Below, piece after piece: positions 1 to 8,455 of a DNA stretch of 64,000 bases. The position numbers and the translations under genes were made by a program. Under the pieces are notes generated by a model that saw only the letters and a list, made by a program, of their open reading frames with translations, ran no database searches and was not told where the DNA came from. Position 1 is the stretch's first letter. Every line of letters starts with the position of its first letter. Source of the DNA: an uncultured Bacilli bacterium (GTDB taxonomy: Bacteria; Bacillota_I; Bacilli_A; RF39; UBA660); assembly GCA_934130045.1 (NCBI GenBank), contig CAKOXI010000003.1, positions 11,103 through 75,102 of the forward strand. Direction: 5' to 3'.

Positions 1-1209
1 TCTTTGTTATCAAAGAATGTTGATGCTATTTTAATTGCTGATTATCATAAATCTATACTCGATGAAGAAATTGAAAACTTTGAAAATAAAGTAAAAATTA
101 TATATAAAATTAAATTGAAAAAGGAATCAACAACTAAAGCAGAAAATGTAGATGTTACTAAACAATCCTTTAATGTATTTTTAAGTGGTATTGATACATA
201 TGGAGAAATTGATTCAATTGCTAGAAGTGATGTTAATATGGTTGTTACAATTAATCCAGTAACAAAGCAAGTTTTATTAACATCAATACCAAGAGATTAC
301 TATGTAGAACTTTCTTGTTATCATGAAAAGGATAAATTAACTCATGCAGGCATGTATGGTATTGATTGTTCAACAGGAACAATAGAAAATTTATTAGATA
401 TAAATCTAAATTATTATGTTAGAGTGAATTTTTCATCATTAATTAAATTAGTTGATGTTCTAGATGGTATAAGTGTTTATTCTGAGTATGATTTTAATAC
501 ATATGGTTACCAATTTTATAAGGGTTATAATAATGTGAATGGAGAATATGCCCTTGCTTTTGCCCGCGCAAGATATAATTTTATTGATGGTGATAGACAA
601 CGTGTTAAAAATCAACAAGCTGTTATTTCAGCAATAGCAGATAAAGCATTAAGCCCAGCTATAATAAGCAAATATACAAGTATACTAGATGCTATGAAAA
701 ATTCTTTTCAGACTAATATGAGTATGTCAGAAATTCAAAATCTTGCTAAATTCCAAATAGATAAAATGCCAAAATGGACGATTTCTTCTATAAGTTTAAA
801 TGGATCAGATTCAAGTGATTATACATATAGTTATGGAAGTCAATTATTATATGTTATGGAACCTGATGAAACAACAGTTGATTATGCAAAAGAAACAATT
901 AAAAAGGTTATGATGGGGCAACCTATTGAAATTACATCATCAGTTCCAGAAAAAAATTCTAATAATACCGTTAATAATACTACAATTAAAACAACAACAC
1001 AAACTATTCAAAATACAACAACTACGGTATCTACTACAACTACAAATTCAACTACAACGACAACTAAAACTACCACAACAACTTCAAAGAAAGAAAATGA
1101 TCCTGATGATGAAAAAGTAAATGAAATTGATTCAAATAATGAACAAAAAGATGAAGAGTTAGAAAATAATATTGAAAAAGATACTAATGATAATGATGAA
1201 AATAATTAG
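1..1209 (+). CDS. LytR-CpsA-Psr (LCP) family glycopolymer ligase, 5'-truncated by the window edge, with a Thr-rich then acidic low-complexity C-terminal tail
   Basis: The ORF is open to the window start. The blocks ARSDVNMVVTINP..LLTSIPRDYYV and FARARY..DGDRQRVKNQQ are typical of the LCP catalytic domain. The tail reads NTTTTVSTTTTNSTTTTTKTTTTT followed by a D/E/N-rich stretch. Confidence 0.8.
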   Translation, partial: SLLSKNVDAILIADYHKSILDEEIENFENKVKIIYKIKLKKESTTKAENVDVTKQSFNVFLSGIDTYGEIDSIARSDVNMVVTINPVTKQVLLTSIPRDYYVELSCYHEKDKLTHAGMYGIDCSTGTIENLLDINLNYYVRVNFSSLIKLVDVLDGISVYSEYDFNTYGYQFYKGYNNVNGEYALAFARARYNFIDGDRQRVKNQQAVISAIADKALSPAIISKYTSILDAMKNSFQTNMSMSEIQNLAKFQIDKMPKWTISSISLNGSDSSDYTYSYGSQLLYVMEPDETTVDYAKETIKKVMMGQPIEITSSVPEKNSNNTVNNTTIKTTTQTIQNTTTTVSTTTTNSTTTTTKTTTTTSKKENDPDDEKVNEIDSNNEQKDEELENNIEKDTNDNDENN

Positions 1210-1283
1210 TATTAAAAGTAGAAAATAAAAAAGAAAGTTTGCTTTTTTATTTTTTTTTGTTTATAATTATTTAAGGTGATATT

Positions 1284-3809
1284 ATGCAAGATGTAATAAA
1301 GCGAATTTTTGATTATTCCTTAGAAGAAATTATGGGGCAAAGATTTGGTGAATATGCTAAATCAATTATTCAAGAAAGAGCTCTTCCGGATGTAAGAGAT
1401 GGATTAAAACCTGTTCAAAGAAGAATATTGTATGGTATGTATCGTGATAAAAATACGTATGATAAAGCATATAAAAAGTCGGCAAAAACTGTTGGAAATG
1501 TAATGGGTCAATATCATCCTCATGGAGACTCATCAATTTATGAAGCTATGGTTAGAATGAGTCAATGGTGGAAACAAAATGCTATTACAATTGATATGCA
1601 TGGAAATAATGGTTCAATGGATGGTGATAGTGCTGCCGCAATGCGTTATACAGAAGCAAGATTATCTAAAATTAGCAATGAACTTTTAAAAGATATTGAT
1701 AAGGACACTATTTTATGGACTTGGAATTATGATGATACATTATTAGAACCTACTGTTTTACCAGCTAAATTTCCTAATTTATTAATTAATGGTTCGACTG
1801 GTATTAGTGCTGGTTATGCTACAAATATTCCTCCTCATAATTTAAAGGAAATAATAGATGCTACAGTTATTTTGATGGATAATCCAGAAATTTCTTTAGA
1901 ACAAATTATGCAAGTTGTAAAGGGACCTGATTTTCCAACTGGGGGAATTGTTGAAGGAAAAAGTGGAATAGAAGAGGCATTTAGAACAGGTAGAGGAAAA
2001 GTAATTGTTAAATCAAAATATGAAATAGTTAAAAATAAAGGAAAAGATCAAATTGTAATTACAGAAATTCCTTTTGATATTAATAAATCTAGTTTGGTAA
2101 AGAAAATTGATGATATAAGAATTGATAAGAAGATAGACGGAATTGTTGAAGTTAGAGATGAATCTAATTTGGAAAATCCTGAAACAATTGTTATTGACTT
2201 AAAAAAGGATGCAAATACAGAATTAATATTAAATTATTTATTAAAAAATACGGAAATGCAAATTTCATATAATTATAATATGGTTTCTATTGTTAATAGT
2301 AGACCAATGACATTAGGTTTAATTGATATTTTAAAAGCTTATATTAATCATCAAAAAGATGTTGTTACTAAAAGAACAAAATTTGATTTAGAACATGCTA
2401 AAGCTCGTATGCATATAGTAGAAGGATTAATTAAGGCATTATCAATATTAGATGAAATAATTTCAACAATTAGAGCAAGTAAAAATAAGAGTGATTCAAT
2501 TAAAAATTTAGTAGAAAAATTTGATTTTACAGAAAAACAAGCTACTGCAATTGTTGACTTACAATTATATAGATTAAGTAATACTGATGTTAAAGAATTA
2601 ATTGAGGAACAAAAAAATTTATTAAAATTAATAAAAGCACTTGAAGCAATATTAGCAAGCCCTAAAAAATTAAATGATGTAATAAAACTTGAATTAACTA
2701 GAATTAGGGATGAATATGGAGTAGATAGAAAAACTGAAATAAGGGAAACAATAACTGAAATTAAAATTGATTCACAAAATTTGATTCCAAAGGAAGATTG
2801 CATTGCTACAATTACACATGAGGGATATGTTAAAAGAACATCGTTAAAGAGTTATAATTCTAATACTCATGATTCTATTTTATTAAAAGATGGTGATTAT
2901 TTATTAGGCTCTTACGAAGTAAATACTTTAGATATTATGTTAATTTTTACTAATTTAGGAAATTATTTATATGTTCCTGTTTATGAGTTACCTGATTTAA
3001 AATGGAAAGAGTTAGGAAAACATATAAGTAATATAATTAAGTTAAGAGAAGAAGAAAAAATTATTTTTGCTTATCCTGTTTCTAATTTTGATGAGAATAT
3101 TTTTATTACGTTTTTTACTAAAAATGGTATGATAAAACGTACACAATTATCTGAATTTAAAGTTCAAAGATATTCTAAACCTATATTATGTATGAAATTA
3201 AAAGATGATGATGAAGTAGTTAATGTTTCTAATAATCAAGGATCAGATGTTATGATTACTACAAATAATGGATATGGTTTAAAATATAGGGTTGCTGAGG
3301 TCCCTATCGTTGGGGTAAAGGCAGCAGGTGTTAAGGCAATTAGTTTAAAAGATGATTTTGTAATAAATGGTGAAGTTTATTGCGATAGCATGAATTATAT
3401 GACAGTTATTACTAAGAAAAATACTGCAAAAAGAATTCATTTAAGTGAATTTGAATATATAAGTAGAGCAAAAAAAGGTATACAAATTATAAGAGAAGTA
3501 AAAACAAACCCATATAATATTTTAAAAACGTTTATTACAAATAATAAAACACTTATAGGCATTAAAACTGAGGATAACATATTTACATTAAAACAAACAG
3601 ATATACCTATATTAGATAGATATTCAACTGGTACAAATATAAGTAAGGAACAAATTAAGGATGTTTATTTAATAAAGACAGTTGAATCAAAAAGTAACCA
3701 AGAAAACATTGATCAAACAGATGAAAAAAATAGTATATCATTATCACAAATTGATAGTAAAATTATGACTATAGATGATTTTTTAGATGACTTTAAAATC
3801 GATAAGTAA
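1284..3809 (+). CDS. parC: DNA topoisomerase IV subunit A
   Basis: FGEYAKSIIQERALPDVRDGLKPVQRRILYGM and GQYHPHGDSSIYEAMVRMSQWWK match the ParC-type N-terminus and QRDR (KPVQRR rather than the GyrA KPVHRR). The protein is 841 aa, and an RBS-like AAGGTGA precedes the ATG. Confidence 0.9.
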   Translation: MQDVIKRIFDYSLEEIMGQRFGEYAKSIIQERALPDVRDGLKPVQRRILYGMYRDKNTYDKAYKKSAKTVGNVMGQYHPHGDSSIYEAMVRMSQWWKQNAITIDMHGNNGSMDGDSAAAMRYTEARLSKISNELLKDIDKDTILWTWNYDDTLLEPTVLPAKFPNLLINGSTGISAGYATNIPPHNLKEIIDATVILMDNPEISLEQIMQVVKGPDFPTGGIVEGKSGIEEAFRTGRGKVIVKSKYEIVKNKGKDQIVITEIPFDINKSSLVKKIDDIRIDKKIDGIVEVRDESNLENPETIVIDLKKDANTELILNYLLKNTEMQISYNYNMVSIVNSRPMTLGLIDILKAYINHQKDVVTKRTKFDLEHAKARMHIVEGLIKALSILDEIISTIRASKNKSDSIKNLVEKFDFTEKQATAIVDLQLYRLSNTDVKELIEEQKNLLKLIKALEAILASPKKLNDVIKLELTRIRDEYGVDRKTEIRETITEIKIDSQNLIPKEDCIATITHEGYVKRTSLKSYNSNTHDSILLKDGDYLLGSYEVNTLDIMLIFTNLGNYLYVPVYELPDLKWKELGKHISNIIKLREEEKIIFAYPVSNFDENIFITFFTKNGMIKRTQLSEFKVQRYSKPILCMKLKDDDEVVNVSNNQGSDVMITTNNGYGLKYRVAEVPIVGVKAAGVKAISLKDDFVINGEVYCDSMNYMTVITKKNTAKRIHLSEFEYISRAKKGIQIIREVKTNPYNILKTFITNNKTLIGIKTEDNIFTLKQTDIPILDRYSTGTNISKEQIKDVYLIKTVESKSNQENIDQTDEKNSISLSQIDSKIMTIDDFLDDFKIDK

Positions 3810-3837
3810 AAGAATAACCAACAATTATTCTTTTTTG
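3809..3837 (+). terminator. Rho-independent terminator after parC
   Basis: The stem AAGAATAA / TTATTCTT is followed by a T-run. Confidence 0.6.
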
Positions 3838-3866
3838 TTGACTAAAAAATATTTTTGTTATATACT
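3838..3866 (+). promoter_or_regulatory. Sigma-A type promoter of the perR-like/rubrerythrin operon
   Basis: TTGACT (3838-3843), a 17-nt spacer, then TATACT (3861-3866). Confidence 0.6.
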
Positions 3867-3874
3867 GTATATAG

Positions 3875-3897
3875 AAATTAGTAATAATTACTAATTT
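3875..3897. promoter_or_regulatory. Perfect 23-bp palindrome, a candidate PerR/Fur-family operator
   Basis: AAATTAGTAAT-A-ATTACTAATTT is an 11-1-11 repeat with no mismatch. It lies between the -10 and the RBS of the Fur-family gene, and its core resembles the 7-1-7 Per box TTATAATNATTATAA. Confidence 0.6.
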
Positions 3898-3908
3898 TGA
3901 GGTGAATT

Positions 3909-4304
3909 ATGAATTATTCTTTTCAAAGAGAAAAAATTTTAGAAACAGTTTTAAATAGTTGTGATCATCCAAATGCAGATACTATTTATAATAGAGTAAG
4001 AAAAATTATTCCAAATATAAGCAAGGGGACTGTTTATCGAAATCTTAATTTTTTATCTGATAATGGCTATATTTTGAAAATACGTATGTCAAATGGTGAT
4101 AGATTTGATAAAACAAATTATCCACATTGTCATATAAAATGTATTATTTGTAATAAAGTAGAAGATTATAACTATATTAATGTTGATGATTTGAAAATTT
4201 TTGATAATAAATATAAAATTATGTCAGTTACAGTAAATTTGGAAGGAATATGCGAGAATTGTTTGAAAGAAAGAGGTAATAATAATGGAATTAAAGGGAA
4301 GTAA
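3909..4304 (+). CDS. perR: Fur-family transcriptional regulator, PerR-like
   Basis: 131 aa with a Fur-like winged helix ([17 protein letters not shown]) and paired Cys motifs CIICNK / CENC. It overlaps and precedes rubrerythrin. Confidence 0.75.
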   Translation: MNYSFQREKILETVLNSCDHPNADTIYNRVRKIIPNISKGTVYRNLNFLSDNGYILKIRMSNGDRFDKTNYPHCHIKCIICNKVEDYNYINVDDLKIFDNKYKIMSVTVNLEGICENCLKERGNNNGIKGK

Positions 4305-4824
4305 AACTGAAAAAAATTTAATGGCTGCTTTTGCAGGAGAAAGTCAAGCTAGAAATAAATATACTTATTATGCATCAAAAGCAAAAAAAGAAGGCTATGA
4401 ACAAATTGCTGCAATATTTGAAGAAACTGCTGGAAATGAAAAAGAGCACGCTAAAATGTGGTTTAAACTTTTAAATGGTGGTAGTATTAAAAGTACTAAG
4501 GAAAATTTAATTAATGCTGCCAATGGCGAAAACTACGAATGGACAGATATGTATGAAGAATTTGCACGTGTTGCAAAAGAAGAAGGATTTGATGATATTG
4601 CATTTCTTTTTGAGGAAGTTGGAAAAATCGAAAAAGAACATGAAGAACGATATAAAAAGTTATTGTCTAATTTAGAAAATCAAACTTTATTTATAAAAGA
4701 TGAACCAGTAATGTGGATTTGTAGAAATTGTGGACACGTACACTTTGGTGTATCTGCACCTGATGTTTGCCCAGTATGTGGTCATCCAAAAGCATATTTT
4801 GAAATGCGTTCAACAAATTATTAA
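4285..4824 (+). CDS. rbr: Rubrerythrin
   Basis: [28 protein letters not shown] and EKEHAKMW / EKEHEERY form the diiron four-helix motifs. The C-terminal rubredoxin-like motif is [14 protein letters not shown]. Confidence 0.93.
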   Translation: MELKGSKTEKNLMAAFAGESQARNKYTYYASKAKKEGYEQIAAIFEETAGNEKEHAKMWFKLLNGGSIKSTKENLINAANGENYEWTDMYEEFARVAKEEGFDDIAFLFEEVGKIEKEHEERYKKLLSNLENQTLFIKDEPVMWICRNCGHVHFGVSAPDVCPVCGHPKAYFEMRSTNY

Positions 4825-4825
4825 A

Positions 4826-4850
4826 AAATAGCGTACTTTGTACGCTATTT
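4826..4850. terminator. Bidirectional terminator hairpin between rbr and hsp20
   Basis: AAATAGCGTAC-TTT-GTACGCTATTT is a perfect 11-bp stem flanked by A-runs and T-runs. Confidence 0.7.
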
Positions 4851-5228
4851 TATTTCTATACTTTTTTTATTATCGATTTTTGATTCTTTAGGAATATTAA
4901 TCATTAAAATTCCATTATTATAATTTGCTTCAATTAAATTTTCATCTATACTTCCAACATAAAATTTTCTTGAATATTCACCATAACAAATTTCCTTTTT
5001 TAAGTAATTATCATTTTCCATAACTTCTTCATTTTTAGTAATTTTAATATTTAAATTTTCATTTTCATAATCAATTTTTATGTCTTCTTTTTTTATACCT
5101 GGTATTTCTATTTTTAAAATATAATTATTTTCTCTTTCGATAATATCAGTATTCATAAAATTATGATTATGTTTAGAATCAAATAAATCTAAATAACTGT
5201 TAAAAAAAGGATATGAAGAATTTAACAT
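4845..5228 (-). CDS. Hsp20/alpha-crystallin family small heat-shock protein
   Basis: 127 aa. The pattern TDIIERENNYILKIEIPGIKKEDIKID...NGILMINIPK is typical of the alpha-crystallin domain. Confidence 0.85.
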   Translation of the reverse strand: MLNSSYPFFNSYLDLFDSKHNHNFMNTDIIERENNYILKIEIPGIKKEDIKIDYENENLNIKITKNEEVMENDNYLKKEICYGEYSRKFYVGSIDENLIEANYNNGILMINIPKESKIDNKKSIEIK

Positions 5229-5313
5229 TTTATCACCTCACATATATTATTTAGATAATTATAAAATTTATTCAAAAAAAATAATAAATTATAAAAAATT
5301 GTAAAAAATAATA

Positions 5314-6111
5314 TTGGTGGTTAAGTTGAAGAAAATATTAGTTACTGGAGCTAGAGGTGGAATAGCAAATAACTTAATAGAGAGATTAAAAAATAAAGAA
5401 TTTTTAATTTATATAACAGTTCATACAAAAAAAGAATTAATAAGAGTAAAAGAAAAATATAAAAATTATAAAAATATAAAATGTTTTAAATTAGATATTA
5501 CATCAGAAAATGATAGAAAATTTTTAGAAAATTTAGATATAGATATTTTAATTAATATTGCTGGAATTGGATATGGTGGATCTATATCGGAAATATCTAT
5601 GGATTTAGTTAGAGAAAATTTTGAAACAAATGTTTTTTCATCATTTGAAATCGTCCAGATTGTTATAAATAAAATGATTCAAAAAAATAGTGGTAAGATA
5701 ATAATTATGAGTTCCTTAATAGGTCTTATGCCACTCAAATTTTTAGGAGTTTATTCTGCAACTAAAGCAAGTATAATTCATCTAACAACTACGTTAAAAG
5801 AAGAATTAAAATTATTAGATACAAATATAAAAGTTGTTTTAATTGAACCTGGAATGTATCATACAGGTTTCAATCAAGTTATGCTTGAAAATAAATATGA
5901 TTGGATGAGTGAAAAAAGTTATTTTAAAGAAGAATTGGATTTAATAAGAAAAAAAGAAAATTTTTTCTTTAATTTATTTGAAAAGAAAAATTTTAATAGT
6001 ATAGTTTCAAAGATTGAAAAAGCTGTTGTTATAGATAATCCTAAATTTATTTATAGAGCGCCATTACTACAAGTAATAGGAGTAAAATTATATCAATTGT
6101 TTAAAATGTAG
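5314..6111 (+). CDS. Short-chain dehydrogenase/reductase (SDR) family oxidoreductase
   Basis: VTGARGGIANNL is the Rossmann glycine motif and YSATKAS holds the catalytic YxxxK. The start is uncertain; TTG at 5326 after GGTGG is also possible. Confidence 0.8.
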   Translation: MVVKLKKILVTGARGGIANNLIERLKNKEFLIYITVHTKKELIRVKEKYKNYKNIKCFKLDITSENDRKFLENLDIDILINIAGIGYGGSISEISMDLVRENFETNVFSSFEIVQIVINKMIQKNSGKIIIMSSLIGLMPLKFLGVYSATKASIIHLTTTLKEELKLLDTNIKVVLIEPGMYHTGFNQVMLENKYDWMSEKSYFKEELDLIRKKENFFFNLFEKKNFNSIVSKIEKAVVIDNPKFIYRAPLLQVIGVKLYQLFKM

Positions 6112-6130
6112 AAAATTTTTAAAAAAAGTG

Positions 6131-6159
6131 TTGTCAAGACAAGCTAAATTTGCTATAAT
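6131..6159 (+). promoter_or_regulatory. Sigma-A promoter for the tRNA gene
   Basis: TTGTCA (6131-6136), a 17-nt spacer, then TATAAT (6154-6159), about 20 nt upstream of the tRNA 5' end. Confidence 0.65.
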
Positions 6160-6178
6160 TAATTTGCTTGTTTGTTAT

Positions 6179-6255
6179 GGCGATGTAGCTCAGCTGGCTA
6201 GAGCACCCGGTTCATACCCGGTAGGTCGAGAGTTCGAATCTCCCCGTCGCTACCA
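6179..6255 (+). tRNA. tRNA-Met (anticodon CAT), elongator type, with encoded CCA
   Basis: GGCGATGTAGCTCAGCTGGCTAGAGCACCCGGTTCATACCCGGTAGGTCGAGAGTTCGAATCTCCCCGTCGCTACCA folds as a cloverleaf with anticodon loop TTCATAC. It lacks the initiator 1:72 mismatch and the GGG/CCC anticodon stem. A lysidine-modified Ile2 identity cannot be fully excluded. Confidence 0.9.
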
Positions 6256-6291
6256 TAAGAAATTTCGCTCGAATTTTTCGAGCTTAATAAT

Positions 6292-6320
6292 AACTAATTC
6301 AGAATTGGATTAGTTTTTTT
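6292..6320 (+). terminator. Rho-independent terminator after tRNA-Met
   Basis: The stem AACTAATTC / GGATTAGTT is 9 bp with one G-U pair and a 6-nt loop, followed by TTTTTTT. A smaller hairpin GCTCGAA/TTCGAGC lies at 6267-6283. Confidence 0.65.
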
Positions 6321-6436
6321 GCGTTTAAGAAATTATTCTGGAAATGAATGATGGCATTATGGTAAATATTATTAAAGAAGAATTACCTATTGAAGAAGTG
6401 TTAAAAAGGAAGTTAGAACTAATGTTAGAGTCAATA

Positions 6437-6503
6437 TAAAAATGTAGAAAAAGTTGAAAATAAAAATGTAGGAAAAGTTGAAAATAAAAATGTAGGAAAA
6501 GTG
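6437..6503. repeat. 24-bp tandem repeat, about 2.8 copies
   Basis: TAAAAATGTAG(A/G)AAAAGTTGAAAA occurs at 6437-6460 and 6461-6484, with a partial third copy at 6485-6503. It sits in a roughly 400-bp non-coding stretch. Confidence 0.9.
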
Positions 6504-6723
6504 TAATTATATTTGTATAGATTTAGGTATATCAGAATCTATTTTTATTTTATCTTTCAATCTATAGATAAATTTGATAAATTAATATCATTCTTATATA
6601 GTAAACTTCATAATTAATATGATAAATATGTATGAAGATAAAGTTTTAGATGATGATGACATTAAAGATTTAAAATTAAACAAAGAAAAAGATGGCTTTG
6701 AGGGATAAACTCATTACCATCTT

Positions 6724-7065
6724 TTATGCTAATTCAATTCTAATTCCTAAAACACCATATTGTTTTTGTTTTTCTTTTGTATAAAACTGTTCAAGAACAC
6801 CAATTAATTCCTCTTTTGTCATAGATTTATCAGATAAAATAGAAATATCAAAATCTTTAAACATATCTTCAAAAGAATTATATCTTAATAAACCAGTAAC
6901 CTTAGCATTAAATGACTCATTCAAATCAGGTTCTTTTAAAAATTTGATAGTATCTCCAATTTTAATTTGCTGTCTTTTTTCATCAAAAAGTCTAATTTCG
7001 ATTCTTTTTGTACCATTAAGTATAAAATTATAATACTCAGGTTGTAATTTCATTTCATATTCCAT
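6724..7065 (-). CDS. ASCH domain protein
   Basis: 113 aa. The N-terminus MKLQPEYYNFILNGTKRIEIRLFDEKRQQIKIGDTI has the ASCH/PUA-like beta-barrel pattern. Confidence 0.7.
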   Translation of the reverse strand: MEYEMKLQPEYYNFILNGTKRIEIRLFDEKRQQIKIGDTIKFLKEPDLNESFNAKVTGLLRYNSFEDMFKDFDISILSDKSMTKEELIGVLEQFYTKEKQKQYGVLGIRIELA

Positions 7066-7066
7066 A

Positions 7067-7606
7067 TTATTTTCTTCCTTTCATTCTAGCTTTTTGCAAT
7101 ATCATTTGTTTTGTTTTACTAGGATTATCACATAAATTACCATCTAAGCTAAATGCTTCATCCCATTCTTTAATAACCTTATATAATGGATCATTATCAT
7201 AAATAAATTTGATGTATTGCGGCATATCAGCATTTTTTGAAATGCTTCTCATATCTCTTAATGTTAAATATTCTTCAAATTCGGTAACATCATACAAATG
7301 AAGAGCAAAACATTTCGGATTATTTTTTCCATAATATTCAACAATTTCATGACCATCATGTCTTTTGTCATATCCTGTAGCTCTTAATATTTCATCTGTA
7401 TTGCCATTTAAAATATCACTTACTTTAAAATATCCAATAATTGCTTTATCTTCTTTTGCAGAATATACATAAATTTTTTTATTAAGCAATTCATCTCTTA
7501 ATGGTGATTTTCTAAATTCGTAAAGTTTAGTTTCTTCAAATATTTGCCTTGCATAATATGTCATTATTGAAATAATAGCAATTCTATTTCTACGATTTTT
7601 ATCCAT
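7067..7606 (-). CDS. ASCH-like (PUA-fold) domain protein
   Basis: 179 aa. IAIISIMTYYARQIFEETKLYEFRKSP...IYVYSAKEDKAIIGYFKV resembles the ASCH-domain predicted-regulator family. It is separated by 1 nt from the downstream ASCH gene. Confidence 0.55.
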   Translation of the reverse strand: MDKNRRNRIAIISIMTYYARQIFEETKLYEFRKSPLRDELLNKKIYVYSAKEDKAIIGYFKVSDILNGNTDEILRATGYDKRHDGHEIVEYYGKNNPKCFALHLYDVTEFEEYLTLRDMRSISKNADMPQYIKFIYDNDPLYKVIKEWDEAFSLDGNLCDNPSKTKQMILQKARMKGRK

Positions 7607-7696
7607 TTCATCCCCTCCTGTGAAAGTATTATATCATAAATTGACAAATATAGCAAAAAGTGGTATTATAAATGACAATTTTAGGGGGAAATTGAA

Positions 7697-8269
7697 ATGA
7701 GAAATATTGAAAGTTTAAAAAATTATGTAGGCAATGTCACAGAAGAAGAGTTTATGATACTTGCTACAAAAATTTATATGATAACAGATTTTATTTGTGA
7801 TGATTACCCAAAACATAAAGAGTGGTATTTTACTAAACAATTACCTGCAACTATAAATGGGGATGAACGAAATATATTATTTGTTAGAAATTCGGAAGAT
7901 GATAATGAAATAATTTCAATGACTTGTCTAAAAAGAGATGAAGAAGAACAAAAAATATGTACATTATATGTTTCTGATAAATGTAGAGGTTTAGGAATAG
8001 GAACAGCAATAGTTGAAGAATCAATGAGATGGTTAGGTACAACTAAACCACTTATAACTTTAGCAGATTATAAATTAGAAATGTTTAGACCAATTATTAA
8101 TAAATATGGTTGGGAATTAACTGAAATAGTTTCAGGTTTATATAATGATAGAGCTCAAGAATTATGTTTTAATGGAAAACTAACAAAGAATAACGAAGAA
8201 ACTTTAGAACAACAATTATATAAAAAGTTAATTAGAGTATTAAAAAATAGATATGTAAACATTAAATGA
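7697..8269 (+). CDS. GNAT family N-acetyltransferase
   Basis: 190 aa. LYVSDKCRGLGIGTAIVEESMRWL matches the acetyl-CoA binding R/Q-x-x-G-x-G/A motif. Confidence 0.75.
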   Translation: MRNIESLKNYVGNVTEEEFMILATKIYMITDFICDDYPKHKEWYFTKQLPATINGDERNILFVRNSEDDNEIISMTCLKRDEEEQKICTLYVSDKCRGLGIGTAIVEESMRWLGTTKPLITLADYKLEMFRPIINKYGWELTEIVSGLYNDRAQELCFNGKLTKNNEETLEQQLYKKLIRVLKNRYVNIK

Positions 8270-8380
8270 AAAATATTTTTATTTTGTAAAAACATGGTAT
8301 TCTATTTATAGAGGCTAATTATTTATTAATTGATTACTTAGGTTTCGGATATACTATATCTTCGTACCATATAAGTATAT

Positions 8381-8407
8381 AAACTTGGATTTGATTCCAA
8401 GTTTTTA
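8381..8407 (+). terminator. Rho-independent terminator
   Basis: AACTTGGA-TTTGA-TTCCAAGTT is followed by a T-run. It lies about 110 nt after the GNAT stop. Confidence 0.6.
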
Positions 8408-8455
8408 TTTTTACAAATTATAATCTATGATATACTAGTATGCATGGAGGTTGTT

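Noticed and set aside
2351-2803. A 150-aa antisense ORF inside parC. Similar antisense or shadow ORFs occur at 926-1120, 8938-9162, 9225-9437, 15839-16153, 17231-17428, 18311-18511, 20210-20440, 23156-23398, 26349-26552, 30005-30289, 31912-32178, 32481-32912, 35110-35298, 36505-36792, 37310-37537, 39965-40153, 41937-42191, 42327-42515, 46150-46350, 47992-48474, 49026-49208, 49239-49439, 51770-51955, 53729-54010, 57014-57220 and 62971-63342.
   Set aside because: All lie within, or largely overlap, strongly supported genes on the other strand or frame. They have low-complexity F/L/I/S-rich translations typical of AT-rich shadow ORFs and lack an RBS.
5229-5313. A CIRCE (HrcA) element upstream of hsp20.
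   Set aside because: No TTAGCACTC-N9-GAGTGCTAA-like inverted repeat is visible in the upstream region.
6128-6313. A 61-aa ORF in the track overlapping the tRNA-Met gene.
   Set aside because: It reads straight through a well-folded tRNA with its own promoter and terminator, so it is spurious.
6437-6503. The tandem repeat as a possible CRISPR array.
   Set aside because: The units are directly adjacent with no spacers, there are only 2.8 copies, and no cas genes are present.
8340-8365. A GATATA-C-TATATC palindrome and possible small RNA between the GNAT gene and the methyltransferase.
   Set aside because: The palindrome is short and AT-only, which is expected by chance in this base composition. 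No supporting promoter or conserved structure could be established by eye.
6256-8440. A possible integrated mobile element or prophage remnant at the tRNA-Met 3' end.
   Set aside because: I found no integrase, recombinase or transposase, and no direct repeat of the tRNA 3' end in the flanks I could inspect. Only the odd non-coding stretch is reported as a finding.
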